A stretch of 64,000 nucleotides of DNA, taken from the NCBI GenBank assembly GCA_951406725.2, contig OX597820.1, positions 76,384,001-76,448,000 of the forward strand, in the 5' to 3' direction. The notes below the pieces were generated by a model. It saw nothing but the letters and a program-made list of their open reading frames with translations. It searched no databases and had not been told where the DNA came from. Shown here piece after piece: positions 1-11,490 of this stretch. Positions within the stretch are counted from its first letter, which is position 1, and every line of letters begins with the position of its first letter. Both the position numbers and the translations under genes were made by a program. The DNA is from Octopus vulgaris (lineage: Eukaryota).

Positions 1-4
1 ACGC

Positions 5-209
5 GTTAGGGTTAGGGTTAGATTTAGGGTTAGGTTTAGGCATAAGGTTAGGGTTAGGCTTAGTGTTATGATTAGGGTTTGGGTTAGGGTTAAGTGTTTG
101 GGTTAGGGGTAGGGTTGGGTTAGGGGTAGGGGTAGGGTTAGGGGTTAGGGGTTGGGGTTAGAGGCTAGGGTTAAGTTTAGGGTTAGGGTTGGGGGTTAGT
201 GTTAGCGTC
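5..209 (+). repeat. Degenerate telomere-like (TTAGGG)n array, probably interstitial
   Basis: About 30 TTAGGG/TTAGGGG/TTGGG variant units. The G-rich strand is on + at the left edge, opposite to the orientation expected for a left chromosome end. Confidence 0.8.
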
Positions 210-537
210 AGGTTCACACACACACACACACACATACACACACACAAATCCTCTCTCTCTCGGCTTTCCAACCTTTCTTTCAGCGAAACATCGGGGATGT
301 GAAACCTGGAAGCAAAGATTGGTACACCAGCATTTAGCTGGTAATCATTATCAGCTCAGTCTACTGAAGCAACTCGAAATTTAGTACTCTGCTAAAGAAC
401 ACAACATACCTCCCATTCCTGTTAGCAAACCTATAAAGCTAGGATCATAGTCTCAATATCATAAACACTAAACCTATACGCAAAATCAAGCACAAATGCA
501 CGCAAACCCTCAACACAGAACCGCACACATTATTTTA

Positions 538-930
538 TTATCTTATGCGTTTCAGCCCCAAGGCTGTGGCCATGCTAGAGCACCACCAATGCAATCACCT
601 TTTCAATGGCTAACCTTATGCGATTGGCTTTTGGTGAAAGGGGGAGTTAGACACTGCTTCCCTCTTTTAAGTTTCCTGCCGTCACATAGGTTGATCTGGA
701 AACCTGGAGAGCAGGAGTTCAAGTCGTTTCTAGAAATCATCTACCACTGCCGCATGGAGATTCCTCAGATGTTTTGGCATGACGTTAAATAACTGTGGGC
801 GCTTGAACTCCAAGTCATTGCAGTACATGGGCTTCACACTAAATGGGGACAGCTGGAACCTTTGCAACAGCGCAGTGATGTCCAGTTCGGCGCCTGGTAT
901 TTCTTTAAAACTGGAGTTTCATATCAAAAT
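538..930 (-). mobile_element. CR1-like LINE 3' fragment (decayed ORF2 C-terminus plus 3' tail)
   Basis: Minus strand reads YCNDLEFKRPQLFNVMPKHLRNLH..VDDF*KRLELLLSRFPDQP..AVSNS, similar to CR1 ORF2 C-termini. It is followed by the tail GGTGGTGCTCTAGCATGGCCACAGCCTTGGGGCTGAAAC. Confidence 0.75.
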
Positions 931-1066
931 GTTTTTTGCTTCTACAACTTACTCTCTCACACGTGTATTTTGAATTTTTCGTTTTAGTTTCAGGTTTCCA
1001 TGTGCGAGTAGTATATAAGCTTTAGTTTCTATACAGAAGATTGTATCTATTAGTGCTTATACGCAG

Positions 1067-1216
1067 ATGCATACGCACGCACACACACACACACACGCAC
1101 ACGCACACACACACACGCACGCACGCACACATACACACATATACGCCTGCTCTCACACATGTGTTTATGTGTATGTATGTATATATATGTATATATATGC
1201 ACATATGCACGGGCGT

Positions 1217-1253
<37 letters not shown>

Positions 1254-1515
1254 TTGCATTTGCGTATATATATATATATATACACGTGCATGTGCATGTC
1301 TGGGTATATATGTTCGTGCATGTCTATATATATATGTGTGTGTGTGTGCATGTGTATGTGCGTGTGGGTGTGCATAGTATACACACACACACATATAGAC
1401 ACATACGTAAATTTACACATACAAACACATAACCTTCACACATAAACATACTTATACTACGCACACAGACTCGCACACACACACATAAACTCACATACAC
1501 TCACATACACACACA
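1067..1515. repeat. Compound (CA)/(TA)/(TG) microsatellite
   Basis: Direct reading; source of several spurious ORFs. Confidence 0.9.
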
Positions 1516-1867
1516 CCAGCATCCATGTCATCTATCTTCAAAGAACTACCGCTGAGCTTTCAGCGTGAGCTTAACTAAATGTTTATTTCTTGAAATATTC
1601 CGTGTTTGTTTATGCCTCCTCTTCTGTATATTGTATCTCTGGGTTGGACTACTTCCACTTTGAGGCCGTGTATTTTGTTTAGTGTCGTAGTTTATGTATC
1701 GTTGAAGGTTTGAAATCCTAAGTGTTTATTTATCTACATGACTTCGCACCATGTTTGACATGAATCTATTGCGAATCAGTTCTGGCTTTCGTTTTTTATA
1801 TCATGCAGTTTTATTAAGAAAAATGGAATGAATACATTTCAAATAAGATGTTGATAATATTATGAAG

Positions 1868-1916
<49 letters not shown>

Positions 1917-1920
<4 letters not shown>

Positions 1921-2885
1921 AATAAGAAAACAGAGAGGATATAAAATCGACAGACATCAGCCGCTAAACATTCTAGTATGTCTATTTATTCAAATGTGTT
2001 GGAGGAATACACGCACATGTATGAGTGTTACAGATTAGCGAGTAGAAAAAGCTGGTAACTGCATAAACAAGGCTGTAAATACATATAAGCATCTAGAAAC
2101 AAATGAGCAATTAAGCAAATGAGCAAATTGGCAAAACAAAATGAATTGGTGTGCAGATACCAGTTCCTTACGGCCGTTTCTGCCAAGAGGCAACGACATC
2201 TTCCAGGTTATCTCCATCTCTTCAGTGTTGTGCAGGGTTGAGCAGACAAGGCTTGGATAGTGGATGCGCCCCTAGGTTTTTTCAGAGGGTCTAAGTGGTT
2301 GGGGGGGGGTTAACACATATAAAAATCAGTTAAGAATAGCTAAGGTATGTTTATACATGTAAACAGAGTAAGAATAAGAGTAAGAGCAAACACGAGAATA
2401 CAAGTGGAGTACAGCATAATACAATGATGTGGGCATAGCAAGGGGAAATAAGGTACTAATTTCCCGTAATATAGTATAAGATCCATGTTATTTTATCCAG
2501 GGGTGGTTAAGGGAATATAGCCGTTCTCAGGAGGAATTTTATCAGGAGAGATAATTTCATGCAGTAGTTCACATTGTGATCCATAGAACTTTAGTGGTGT
2601 GTTCGATGGTATGGTCCGTGTTTCTATATGCTTAGGTTTTCACACCCTTGCTTATGCAGTTACCAGATTTTTCCACTCGCTAATCTGTTACACTCATACA
2701 TGTGTGTGTATTCCTCCAACATATTTGAATAAATAGACATACTAGAATGTTTACCGACTGATGTCTTTCGATTTTATATCCTCTCCGTTTTCTTATTTGT
2801 CGTATAAATCAAGGATAAACCACTCGTTTACCCCCGCACATATATAATACTCAATTGCGAGATTGCCATGCAATAACTAGCACTC
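1917..2885 (-). mobile_element. Fold-back Penelope-derived non-autonomous element (~155 bp inverted arms, degenerate HHR inside)
   Basis: 1917-2072 is the reverse complement of 2646-2801. Both ends abut (TA)n. The internal minus strand has CTGAAGA...TGCC-TCTT-GGCA-GAAAC-GGCC-GTA (2165-2226). Confidence 0.65.
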
Positions 2886-2982
<97 letters not shown>

Positions 2983-3007
2983 TAATTACATGAAAAAAGT
3001 AATTATA

Positions 3008-3325
3008 TGTGTGGTTAAGAAACTTGTTTTGCAATGACGCGGTTTCCGGTTCAGTCCCACTGTTCGTCCCCTTGGGCAAGTATCTACTTGCCGGAAATTT
3101 GGTAGCCGGAAATCGTATGCAAAACTGTTGTGTGTGTATGTGTGTTTGTCTGTATGCCTTTATGCTTGTATTTGCAGCACATATGACAGCTGGTGATGTT
3201 TTTTTTAAGTCCTTGTAAGTTAGAGGTTCGGCAAAAGGGACTTAAATAAAAGATTACTAAGGTCGATTAGTTCTACCCAGCCCTTGAATCAGTGCTCCAG
3301 CATGGTCACAGTTCAATAACGTAAA
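3008..3325 (+). mobile_element. tRNA-derived SINE family A, diverged copy
   Basis: Head GTGGTTAAGAA..GGTTCAGTCCCACTG..CTTGGGCAAGT, internal (TG)n, tail GTGCTCCAGCATGG. Confidence 0.7.
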
Positions 3326-3422
3326 AGATTAAAGATAACCACGCTGCTTTCAGGTAATCCAGTATATTTTATTAATTTGTATACAAGTTTATTAATTTTA
3401 AAGAGAGTGAATGAATGAATGT

Positions 3423-3474
<52 letters not shown>

Positions 3475-3656
3475 ATGAGTGTGTGTATGCGTGTGTGTGT
3501 ATGAAAATCCTTCCCAGTGGGTCGCTGGTAGCACTTCAGTGGTTACAGATTCGGTTACGAGCTGGGGGTTGTGTAGGTTTTCGGTGTAACCGGTAATAAA
3601 GTCACAATTTTGGTTAGGAAATAAAGGCAAAGGAAAAAAGTCGTAATTAATTTATG

Positions 3657-3739
3657 GGATCCGGAGAAAACACCACCGGACAAAATCCCTGTCACTTTTC
3701 TCCGTTACTTTTTTCCTGTGGCTTTTTTTACCTGGATTC
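3657..3739. mobile_element. Tiny MITE-like inverted repeat
   Basis: GGATCCGGAGAAAACACCACCGGACAAAA and TTTTCCTGTGGCTTTTTTTACCTGGATTC are imperfect inverted repeats. Confidence 0.4.
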
Positions 3740-3831
3740 GTGTAGGTGTGTATTCGCGTTTATTAGAGCGTCCAATGTTTGCTACTTTGTTGTCTGAGTA
3801 GGAATCACTGACAATTGCAATATGGCTATAT

Positions 3832-4172
3832 TTGAATCCCCCAACGAGAGGTATTCAGCAACAGTACTTTGTAATAAAGATTGTTTGCCAACATAACATG
3901 GCAGTCACGATCTAGGACGAATGATGCTGAAAATTAGCCCCAGAAGACATCGTCTGCAGCTGGCTATACGACACGATCTGTGTCCTTACATTTTCGAACA
4001 AGGGAATCTAGCACCCCCCCCCCACTCAGCTCAAAACAATATATGTGTATCGTGATTTCCAGGTTATTTCCCCTCATCAGCACAGAATAATTGTTCGGCT
4101 AGAGGTGGCGCTACCAATTTCCCTTTCGAAATATATATGGGGCTAAATTACAGCAACATTCGTCCTAGACAG
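3832..4172 (-). mobile_element. Fold-back pLTR-type element with hammerhead ribozyme
   Basis: Inverted arms at 3911-3942 and 4138-4169. Arm sequence is homologous to the 30130 and 48000 elements. HHR at 4044-4084. Confidence 0.6.
4044..4084 (-). ncRNA. Minimal type-I hammerhead ribozyme (one stem II mismatch)
   Basis: TGTG-CTGATGA-GGGG-AAATAA-CCTG-GAAA-T-CACG-ATA-CACA. Stem I is TGTG/CACA, core boxes are intact, cleavage triplet is AUA. Confidence 0.65.
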
Positions 4173-4184
4173 GGATTGACGACT

Positions 4185-4760
4185 TCACCTTTTTATCCTT
4201 TCGCAGTCAATAAATAAAGTACCAGGGAAACGCTGGGGTCGCTGTAATCGACTAGTCCTCTTCCCCCAAATTTCAGGCCTTGTACCTTTAGTAGAAAGGA
4301 TTATTATATTAGTATTATTAGCTGTAACTCTAAAACCTATTTCACTAATTAATTTTATTGTAATCTAAATGATTGTGTTCCTTTTTTCTCTGCCGTGAAT
4401 ATTTTTTACTGCTCAAATATTGTCTTTCCATTTGTAGGTCAACTCACCGAAAATGAAATTAATAATGCATACTCTTTCAACACCTCTTATAAAGTATTTT
4501 AAAGTCTTGTAAAGTCTAATATATTCTTTTGTAGTCTTATACCATCTTATAGATATTTTGCAATAAAACATTTATGCTAGCACGTCGGCCAAAATGCTTA
4601 GCGGCATTTCGTCCGTCTTTACATCTTTGATTCAAATTCCTCTGAAGCTGACTTTGCATTTCATCTTTTCGGGAGCGATAAAATCAATGCCAGTCGAGCA
4701 CTAGGGTCTCGGTATTCGAGTTCCTCACTCCCTCAAAACTGCTGGCCTTGTGCCAAAATT
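4185..4760 (+). mobile_element. SINE family B fragments (4185-4310, 4575-4760)
   Basis: Motifs resembling TTTCATCCTTTCGGGGTCGATAAA..AAGTACCAG and CAAATTCC..GACTTTGC, shared with many copies in the window. Confidence 0.65.
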
Positions 4761-4866
4761 TAAAAACACGTATGTTAATATGGTATAATAAATAACTTCA
4801 GTATATTATAAAATACTCACATTTCTCTGTCTCTCCTGCCTGCACTTTAGTCTTTGTAAATATAAA

Positions 4867-4943
<77 letters not shown>

Positions 4944-5481
4944 ATACGTACTTATGTGCATACACATGTGCATAATCATTCGCATACTAACATAAATACA
5001 CACGCATTTACACATACTTAGGCGAATAAAAAGCACTAGAACATAAAATAAAATAAAATAGAATAAAATATAAAATACATCTATGAAAGTTCTGAACGTG
5101 CTTCCGGGTTGCTCTCTCAATTAAATAAAGCAAGAAGCTTATGAATGTCAAGAAGTTGGAAAAAGGTTTCTCTTTTGAGATCTTCTGCAGTAAAAAAAAA
5201 AAAAAAATCAAAAAAAAAAAAAAGAGAATCGAAGAGAAACGCTAGGAATGAAAAAAAAAAAGTCTCAGTCTTACGAATTTATCTTTATTTGTCCTATTGG
5301 TACGCGGGAGAAAATATAATAAAAAAAAAAAAAGAAACGACCTGAATAAAAATTCGAACTATTTCTTCTTTGAACACGTTTTAGAGTTAATCCATTTAGT
5401 ATCAGAAAAGGTGAACTGTATAATAAATAAATACATTCATACACGCGCACACGTAAATACACACACATACTCATACATAGG

Positions 5482-5527
<46 letters not shown>

Positions 5528-5709
5528 GTGTGTGTGTGTGTATGTGTGTGTGTGCGTGTCGAAGAGAAAAAATAGGCGAAAGCCTTTATGTGCAAAACTA
5601 TTTCATACTTATTTTCAAGATTACCCCTGATCTGTTTCTGTGTCATTATATATGTGTATGTATGTAAGCATGTATGTATATATGCATATATAGATATACA
5701 GATACACAA

Positions 5710-5777
<68 letters not shown>

Positions 5778-5874
5778 CGGGAAGCTTTATGAAAATAAAC
5801 AAAAGACGAAGGCAGGTGGAAAACAAACGAACAATTGTATTAGTATGGCGCTCAGGAAATATAAATAAAACAAG

Positions 5875-5912
5875 TCTTTAACGTTTCGAGCCTACGCTCT
5901 TCAACAGAAAGA
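5875..5912 (-). ncRNA. Minimal type-I hammerhead ribozyme in the Penelope pLTR (A6->U core variant)
   Basis: TCTTT-CTGTTGAA-GAGC-GTAG-GCTC-GAAA-CG-TT-AAAGA. Stems I and II pair perfectly; stem III is the palindrome AACGTT. Confidence 0.75.
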
Positions 5913-6097
5913 TACACAGAGAGAGAAAAACACAGAAAGAAGGAGAGAAAAAAAATGCGTGCAGTAGCTAACGAATCAACATGGCGATCTGATTTCGGCC
6001 AGAGGTCAAAGATCAAACATGAGACGCGAGAGCGAAATAAGGGGAGATAATAGGGTTGATAAAAGGGTTGAGGGACCAGCTAAAAGTGTGTGGGAGG

Positions 6098-6146
6098 GGT
6101 CTGGATGTGTGTATGTATAGGGTTGGTGTATGTATTAGTATGTATA

Positions 6147-6187
<41 letters not shown>

Positions 6188-6430
6188 AGAGAGTATTAGT
6201 GCGTAAGATTGGTCTGGACGTGCGTATGTATGGGGTTGGTGTATGTATTAGTATGTATTAGTATGTATTAGTACGTATTGGTATGTATAGGTATGTGTGT
6301 GTGTGTGTGAGAGAGTATAAGTGCGTATGCGGCGTCTGGACGTGTGTATGTATAGGGTTGGTGTAAGTATTAGTATGTACTAGTATGTATTAGTACGTAT
6401 TAGTATGTATTAGTTGGTGTGTGTATTAGT
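6098..6430. repeat. ~110-125 bp minisatellite in the Penelope 3' UTR
   Basis: Three copies of GTCTGGA(C/T)GTG(T/C)GTATGTAT(A/G)GGGTTGGTGTA..TATTAGTA. Confidence 0.75.
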
Positions 6431-8207
6431 ATGGCACATCATATGTGATGTGATGTGTAAAGTCATGTGGTGTAGTGAGGAGAAGAGGGGGAGGGGGAGA
6501 AGAGGGGGAGAAGGGGAGAGGGGAAGAAGAGGGGGAGGAGAAGGGGGAAGAGGAGAGGATGGGGGAGAAGGGAAGGGGAGGAGGGGGATGAAGGAGGAAA
6601 GAGGGAGAGGGGGAGAGAGGGAGTGAGGGAGCAGAGGGAAGGGGAAGAGGGAGGGAGAAAGAGGGAAGAAGGGAAGGGGAGTAGGGGTGAAAGGATGAAG
6701 GACTGAAGAAGTAGGGGTCGGGGGGAGAAAGGATAGGTGAGGAGGGGGAGAGGGGGTTAGATGAGGAGGGGGGAGAGTTGAGACCAAATGGCGTATAAGA
6801 GCGAAGAGAGAAGATTAATTCCTGTTCACGGCGCAAACGGGAATCCGGATGGCCTCTGTGTAAGGACAAACAGAACACAGATAGGTGTTGCAAGGAGTGA
6901 CCGGTGGAGCGGAAATGGCGTGAGACCGGTGTGTCGTTCGCAAGGTAGATGTCACGAAGGTGTTCCGCGAACCGGTCAGCCAAGCGGCGTCTCGTTTGTC
7001 CGATGTACAAGGAATTGCAGAGAGAGCAAGAGATGCAATAGATAATATTGCTGGAGGTGCAGGTGAAGGAGTGGATGATGGGATAGGGTCGATGGTGGGT
7101 GCTAGTGAGGCGGGTGGTGTTGGAGAGGTAAGGGCAAGTGCGGCAACGTGGGCGGGAGCAGGGGAACGAGCCGGGTTGGGAGGTAGGGTCAGGGAAGGAG
7201 CTATGGACCAAAAGGTCTCGAAGGTTGTGGGCTCGTTTGAAAGAGGGGAGGGGTCGGTTAGGGAAGAGGTGTGAAGTGGACGGGTCGGACTGGAGATGAC
7301 GGAAAGCTCGAAGAATGGTGCGTTGGAGACGTAGGGTCGTGGGGTGGTAAGTGAGGGGAAAAGGGAGGCGGGAGACTACAGGGCGGGTTCGGGGAGAGAG
7401 AGCAGATACACGGTCCACGGACCGTGCTCTGGCAAGGGCGGTGTGGATAGTGGTGAGGGGGTATCCACGTAGGGTGAAGTGGTGAGCCATACGTTGAGAC
7501 TGAGTCTCAAAGTCATGGTCGTCACTACAGAGCCTACGTAGACGGAGGAATTGGGAATAGGGGATGGAAAGCTTGGTGAGTTCTGGGTGGGAGGAAGAGA
7601 AGTTGAGGTATGAGTGTGAGTCTGTGTGTTTGTAGTGAATGGAGGTGGTAAGAGTGGAGTGAAGAATGCTAACCGAAATGTCGAGGAAGGAAACAGAGGT
7701 GTTGGAGATAGTGGAAGTGAAGTGGAGGGCTGGATGGAAAGATTGGACGAAAGAGAGGAAGGAATCTAGATGTTCGCGGGAGAGTGAGGTGGCACCGATA
7801 ATGTCGTCAATATAACGACCATATAGTTCAGGAGTGGGACCAGTGAAATTAGAGAATATTTGGGCCTCAACATAGCCAACGAACAGGTTCGCATAGTTGG
7901 GGCCCATTCGCGTTCCCATGGCCACTCCCGAGACCTGATGGTAGAACTCGCCCGCGAACGAGAAGCAGTTCAGAGTAAGGACAAGTTCGGCCAGACGAAT
8001 GAGTGTGGAGGTGTCAGGTACAGGGTTAGAGCGGAGGTCAAGAAAGTGTCGAAGGGCCTGCAGTCCTTCGTGGTGAGGGATAACAGTATAGAGGCTGTGG
8101 ATGTCCATAGTAAAAAGGATTTTGGAGGAGCCGGGAGGAAAGGAGAAAGAGTTGAAAAGCCGGAGAGCATGGTTGGTATCGTGGATGTGGGAGGGAAGAG
8201 ATGCCAC
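6426..8207 (-). CDS. Penelope-like reverse transcriptase + GIY-YIG endonuclease (C-terminal part of the frameshifted ORF)
   Basis: RT motifs FTMDIHSLYTVIP, GVAMGTRMGPNYANLF and YGRYIDDI. Cys-rich linker CSRPRCRTC. GIY-YIG motifs NIIYCISC..YIGQT..RFAEH..EQELIFSL..PFGLN. The P/S-rich tail after GLN is read-through into simple repeat. Confidence 0.93.
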   Translation of the reverse strand: MASLPSHIHDTNHALRLFNSFSFPPGSSKILFTMDIHSLYTVIPHHEGLQALRHFLDLRSNPVPDTSTLIRLAELVLTLNCFSFAGEFYHQVSGVAMGTRMGPNYANLFVGYVEAQIFSNFTGPTPELYGRYIDDIIGATSLSREHLDSFLSFVQSFHPALHFTSTISNTSVSFLDISVSILHSTLTTSIHYKHTDSHSYLNFSSSHPELTKLSIPYSQFLRLRRLCSDDHDFETQSQRMAHHFTLRGYPLTTIHTALARARSVDRVSALSPRTRPVVSRLPFPLTYHPTTLRLQRTILRAFRHLQSDPSTSHLFPNRPLPSFKRAHNLRDLLVHSSFPDPTSQPGSFPCSRPRCRTCPYLSNTTRLTSTHHRPYPIIHSFTCTSSNIIYCISCSLCNSLYIGQTRRRLADRFAEHLRDIYLANDTPVSRHFRSTGHSLQHLSVFCLSLHRGHPDSRLRREQELIFSLRSYTPFGLNSPPSSSNPLSPSSPILSPPDPYFFSPSSFHPYSPSLLPSFSLPLPLPSAPSLPLSPSPSFLLHPPPPLPFSPILSSSPFSSPSSSPLPFSPSSPPPPLLLTTPHDFTHHITYDVPY

Positions 8208-9320
8208 TAGGGGGCAAGGACACGGTCGAGGTATTTAGAGATGAGCTCCGTGGGGCAGTTACAGGCGGAGACGATGGGGCGGCCAGGGTTGTTGGGTTTG
8301 TGGATTTTGGGGAGGAAGTAAATGGTGGGGTACGTGGGGTTCGCACAATTAGGTTGGATGCGGTGCGGGGGAGACGGGAGGACGAGATGAGGTCTTGGAC
8401 GGTAGAGGATACCGTCTGTTGGTAGCTACGTGTGGGGTTAGAGGGCAGAGGGGAATAGAAGGAGGTGTCATTGAGTTGGCGGAAAGCCTCGGCCCTTATA
8501 GAGGTCCGCGCGCCACACCACTACAGCTCCACCCTTGTCAGCCGGTTTGATGATAATGTCAGCGCGCCGTTGGAGGGAACGAAGAGCCAAGAGCTCAGCC
8601 GGGGAGATGTTGAGGCGGCGTTGGCGCCTGGAGAAGTTGAACCGCTCCAATGCACGCTGACAAGCGCCCGCGAAAAGATCCACTGCTAGGATCTGGCCAG
8701 GGGCAGGCGTCCACGGGGATTGGTCGGCGGTCCAGGCCAGTGAAGCAGTCGTCCTCTTCGTGGGGTGTGGGTGGCGAGTCGTGGTAATGCGCACCCAACC
8801 GGACACGGCGCACAAAGCTGTGGACATCAACTCGCGTCTGGAATTCCTTACAGGATGGAGTGAGGGGGATGAAACGCAGACCCCTACCAAGGACGGAGCG
8901 TTCAGCCGCAGAGAGGGGAAGATCGGGGGGAATGGTAACAACAGACGGAAGTGGAGAAGGGGTGGGTGGAATAGAAGTAGGAGGGGTGGTAGGTCTCGTG
9001 GAGGTCTGAGGGGGAGGGATTGGGGAGGTGTGTGGGGGGTGGTTGGGCGGGGCAGTAGGGTTAGGTGTAGGTGGATGGAGCCTAACGGGAGGGGAGAAGG
9101 GGTTGTAGGGAGGGGCAGTGGGGTTAGGTGTGGGTGGATGGAGCCTATCGGGAGGGGAGAAGGGTGGTGGAGGAGTTGGGGTAGTGGCGTCGGGTAGGGT
9201 GGATGGAAGAGTGATTGGAGTTTACGAAGTTTGTTATCAGAAAGAAATTGATGGAAGAGTTGATTCAAATGGATAATGAAGCGTAGCGTGTTTGGAGCAT
9301 AGAGAGGCGGCAGAGAGGAG
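8208..9320 (-). pseudogene. Frameshifted N-terminal part of the same Penelope ORF
   Basis: IIIKPADKGGAVVVW and [33 protein letters not shown] lie in different frames, with 1-nt frameshifts near 8210 and 8495. Confidence 0.85.
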
Positions 9321-9434
9321 ATACATACATACATGCGTATATATTTTATACATATATGTATAGGTACATACATATGTAAACATACATGAGTGTATGTGTG
9401 TGTGTGTATATATATATATATACATATATATATA

Positions 9435-9481
<47 letters not shown>

Positions 9482-9569
9482 GTACATACGTACATACATA
9501 CATGCAAACATACGTACATAGGGAAATGATGTGACAAAGATTAAAGCAGCTATGTTTTGAAATGCATTA

Positions 9570-9614
9570 GCTTACAGTTGTTTCTACTGTCGGATGCAGT
9601 AGACTCATCATTGA
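9570..9614 (-). ncRNA. Degenerate hammerhead ribozyme
   Basis: ATGATGA-GTC-TACTG-CATCCGA-CAGTA-GAAAC-AACT-GTA. C3 is mutated and stem II is partly deleted. Confidence 0.45.
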
Positions 9615-9908
9615 GTGTCTCAATAACACACTATAACTTGATCGTGTCTTTCTCATTGGTAATGTCTTTCCCCATACATTTGCACAACTAAATTGCACTC
9701 TATCTTCGAAGCTCTGTTGAAGCTATAAAGCAGTGTTTCTCGACCTTTTTACCCTTGTGTAACCCTTAAAGTACATTACCTCTCATGAAGCCCTGCACAA
9801 AAAAAAAAAATATACCATATCTTACTCATAATTTTTCATAGTAGTTCACGTGGTAAATATCATTCATATATGCATACATACATACAAAACTTGCAAAGAA
9901 GGTTTTGA

Positions 9909-9962
9909 AACCACCTGAAGAATGTCTCATAGAAGTGCTGACACGAAACGATCGTAGTGGTT
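9909..9962 (+). ncRNA. Near-intact minimal type-I hammerhead ribozyme in a solo pLTR (~9890-10148)
   Basis: AACCAC-CTGAAGA-ATGTC-loop-GACAC-GAAA-C-GATC-GTA-GTGGTT. Six-bp stem I, palindromic stem III, GUA cleavage site. The element ends at (TA)n(TG)n. Confidence 0.8.
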
Positions 9963-10147
9963 ATTTTAATTAAATCTAATTTATATAAATTATTTTATGT
10001 ATTGGCTTAAGTCTTTCTTTGTTTGATTTGCATAATAGTGGTTTTGTCTCTAATTTAATATAATATAATATTTTACTATAAAATTGGATTCAATCCTAAA
10101 TCAGATTTTTCCCTGTAAGTTTGGATTTATTCCCTAATATTTATTAT

Positions 10148-10238
<91 letters not shown>

Positions 10239-10240
10239 AG

Positions 10241-10394
10241 CAATAATTAACGCAACCAAAGTTTTACATGTTACTTTTGACAATCTTTTTCTAAAGAGTG
10301 AAACCGGTAAAGTAAATAAACATCTTTTAAAATTGCATTTTCAAACCTTCTTTCATATATAATTCCACTCGTGCGGTACCTTACAACTCCAATT

Positions 10395-10396
<2 letters not shown>
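10241..10396 (+). mobile_element. Solo pLTR-like repeat with degenerate HHR (second copy at 30935-31050)
   Basis: TTACTT-TTGACAA-TCTTT-TTCT-AAAGA-GT-GAAA-CCG-GTA-AAGTAA, lying between microsatellites. Confidence 0.55.
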
Positions 10397-10436
<40 letters not shown>

Positions 10437-10439
<3 letters not shown>

Positions 10440-10846
10440 TTTTATTCTTTTATTTGTTTCAGTTATTTGACTGTGGCTATGCTGGAGCACCGCTTTAATC
10501 GAAGAAATCGACCTCAGGACTCATTCTTTGTGAACGTAGTTCTTATTCTATCGGCTCCTTTGCCGAAACGCTATGTTACGGGGACGTAAACACACCAGTA
10601 TCGGTTGTCAAGCGATGTTGGAGGGACAAACAGACACACAAACATATACACACACATACATATATATATATATACATACACACGACAGGCTTCCTTCCGT
10701 TTTCGTCTAACAAATCCATTTACAAGGCTTTGGTCGGCTCGAGGCTATAGTAGAAGACACTTGCCCAAGGTGCTACACAGTGGAACTGAACCCGGAACCT
10801 TGTGGTTGGTAAACAAGCTACTTACCACACAGCCACTCCTGCGCCT
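10437..10846 (-). mobile_element. tRNA-derived SINE family A, full length
   Basis: Minus-strand head AGGCGCAGGAGTGGCTGTGTGGTAAG (A box)..GGTTCAGTTCCAC (B box-like), internal microsatellite, CR1-like tail. Confidence 0.85.
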
Positions 10847-11317
10847 ATATATATTCAGTGGAAGATAGGTATGGCCGGTTCATAGCATTATGAATGAGTG
10901 TGTGGGTGTTCCCATGTACGTAATCTCGAGAAGCGATCCCTAATTTGAATATTGGCTTACTTTGTCTCTTGGCTTACTTCTCATGTAAAGTAGAGAAGAC
11001 GAAATCAAATATTTTAACGTTCGTGTATGTTTGCAATGGTGTTTTTACTATATTCTCTTATATGAAGGAAGTTCGCTGAGATGTGTAACCGTGAGACAGT
11101 TTCATCTTAATGCTAACTTAATATCAACTTTGGCTATCGAGATGTCCCCCATCAATACAATCTCGCGATCTAAAGTGATATATCGCTTCAGCTACTCTAT
11201 GCTGCTTGTCGGGGCACACATGCATATCATTCAAATTGCTAGTTTTCTTGAGTATTGACTCTTGTATTATCTATGACTTGTCACCAGTGGGGTTTCTGAA
11301 ATATACAAAGAGAGAAA

Positions 11318-11490
11318 TACAGGATGTTCAAAAAGTCTCTCCGCAGTAAATATTTAATGGTTTTCGGGCGATTCCTGTACACTGATCCTTTACTTGCTCC
11401 CTAGAGGAAGAAGTCTGGTGGTGTTAAATCAGGTGATCTTGGTGGCCAAAGTTCTTTTGAAATAATCCGTTCACCGAAAAACCCTCCGGA
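11318..11490 (-). mobile_element. Tc1/mariner-superfamily remnant
   Basis: Minus strand reads LWPPRSPDLTPPDFFL*G. Likely TIR TACAGGATGTTCAAAAAGTC. Confidence 0.65.

Larger units (their letters stand above)
5775..9320 (-). mobile_element. Penelope-like retroelement (Neptune-like), 5'-truncated, with 3' pseudo-LTR and HHR
   Basis: RT + GIY-YIG coding region ~6780-9320, minisatellite 3' UTR, HHR at 5875-5912. Both ends are embedded in (TA)n/(TACA)n. Confidence 0.92.

Noticed and set aside
6414-9197. Plus-strand G/E/R-rich ORFs overlapping the Penelope element
   Set aside because: Antisense shadows of the C-rich minus-strand coding sequence.
10770-10846. tRNA gene
   Set aside because: A/B-box-like head of a high-copy SINE with no complete cloverleaf.
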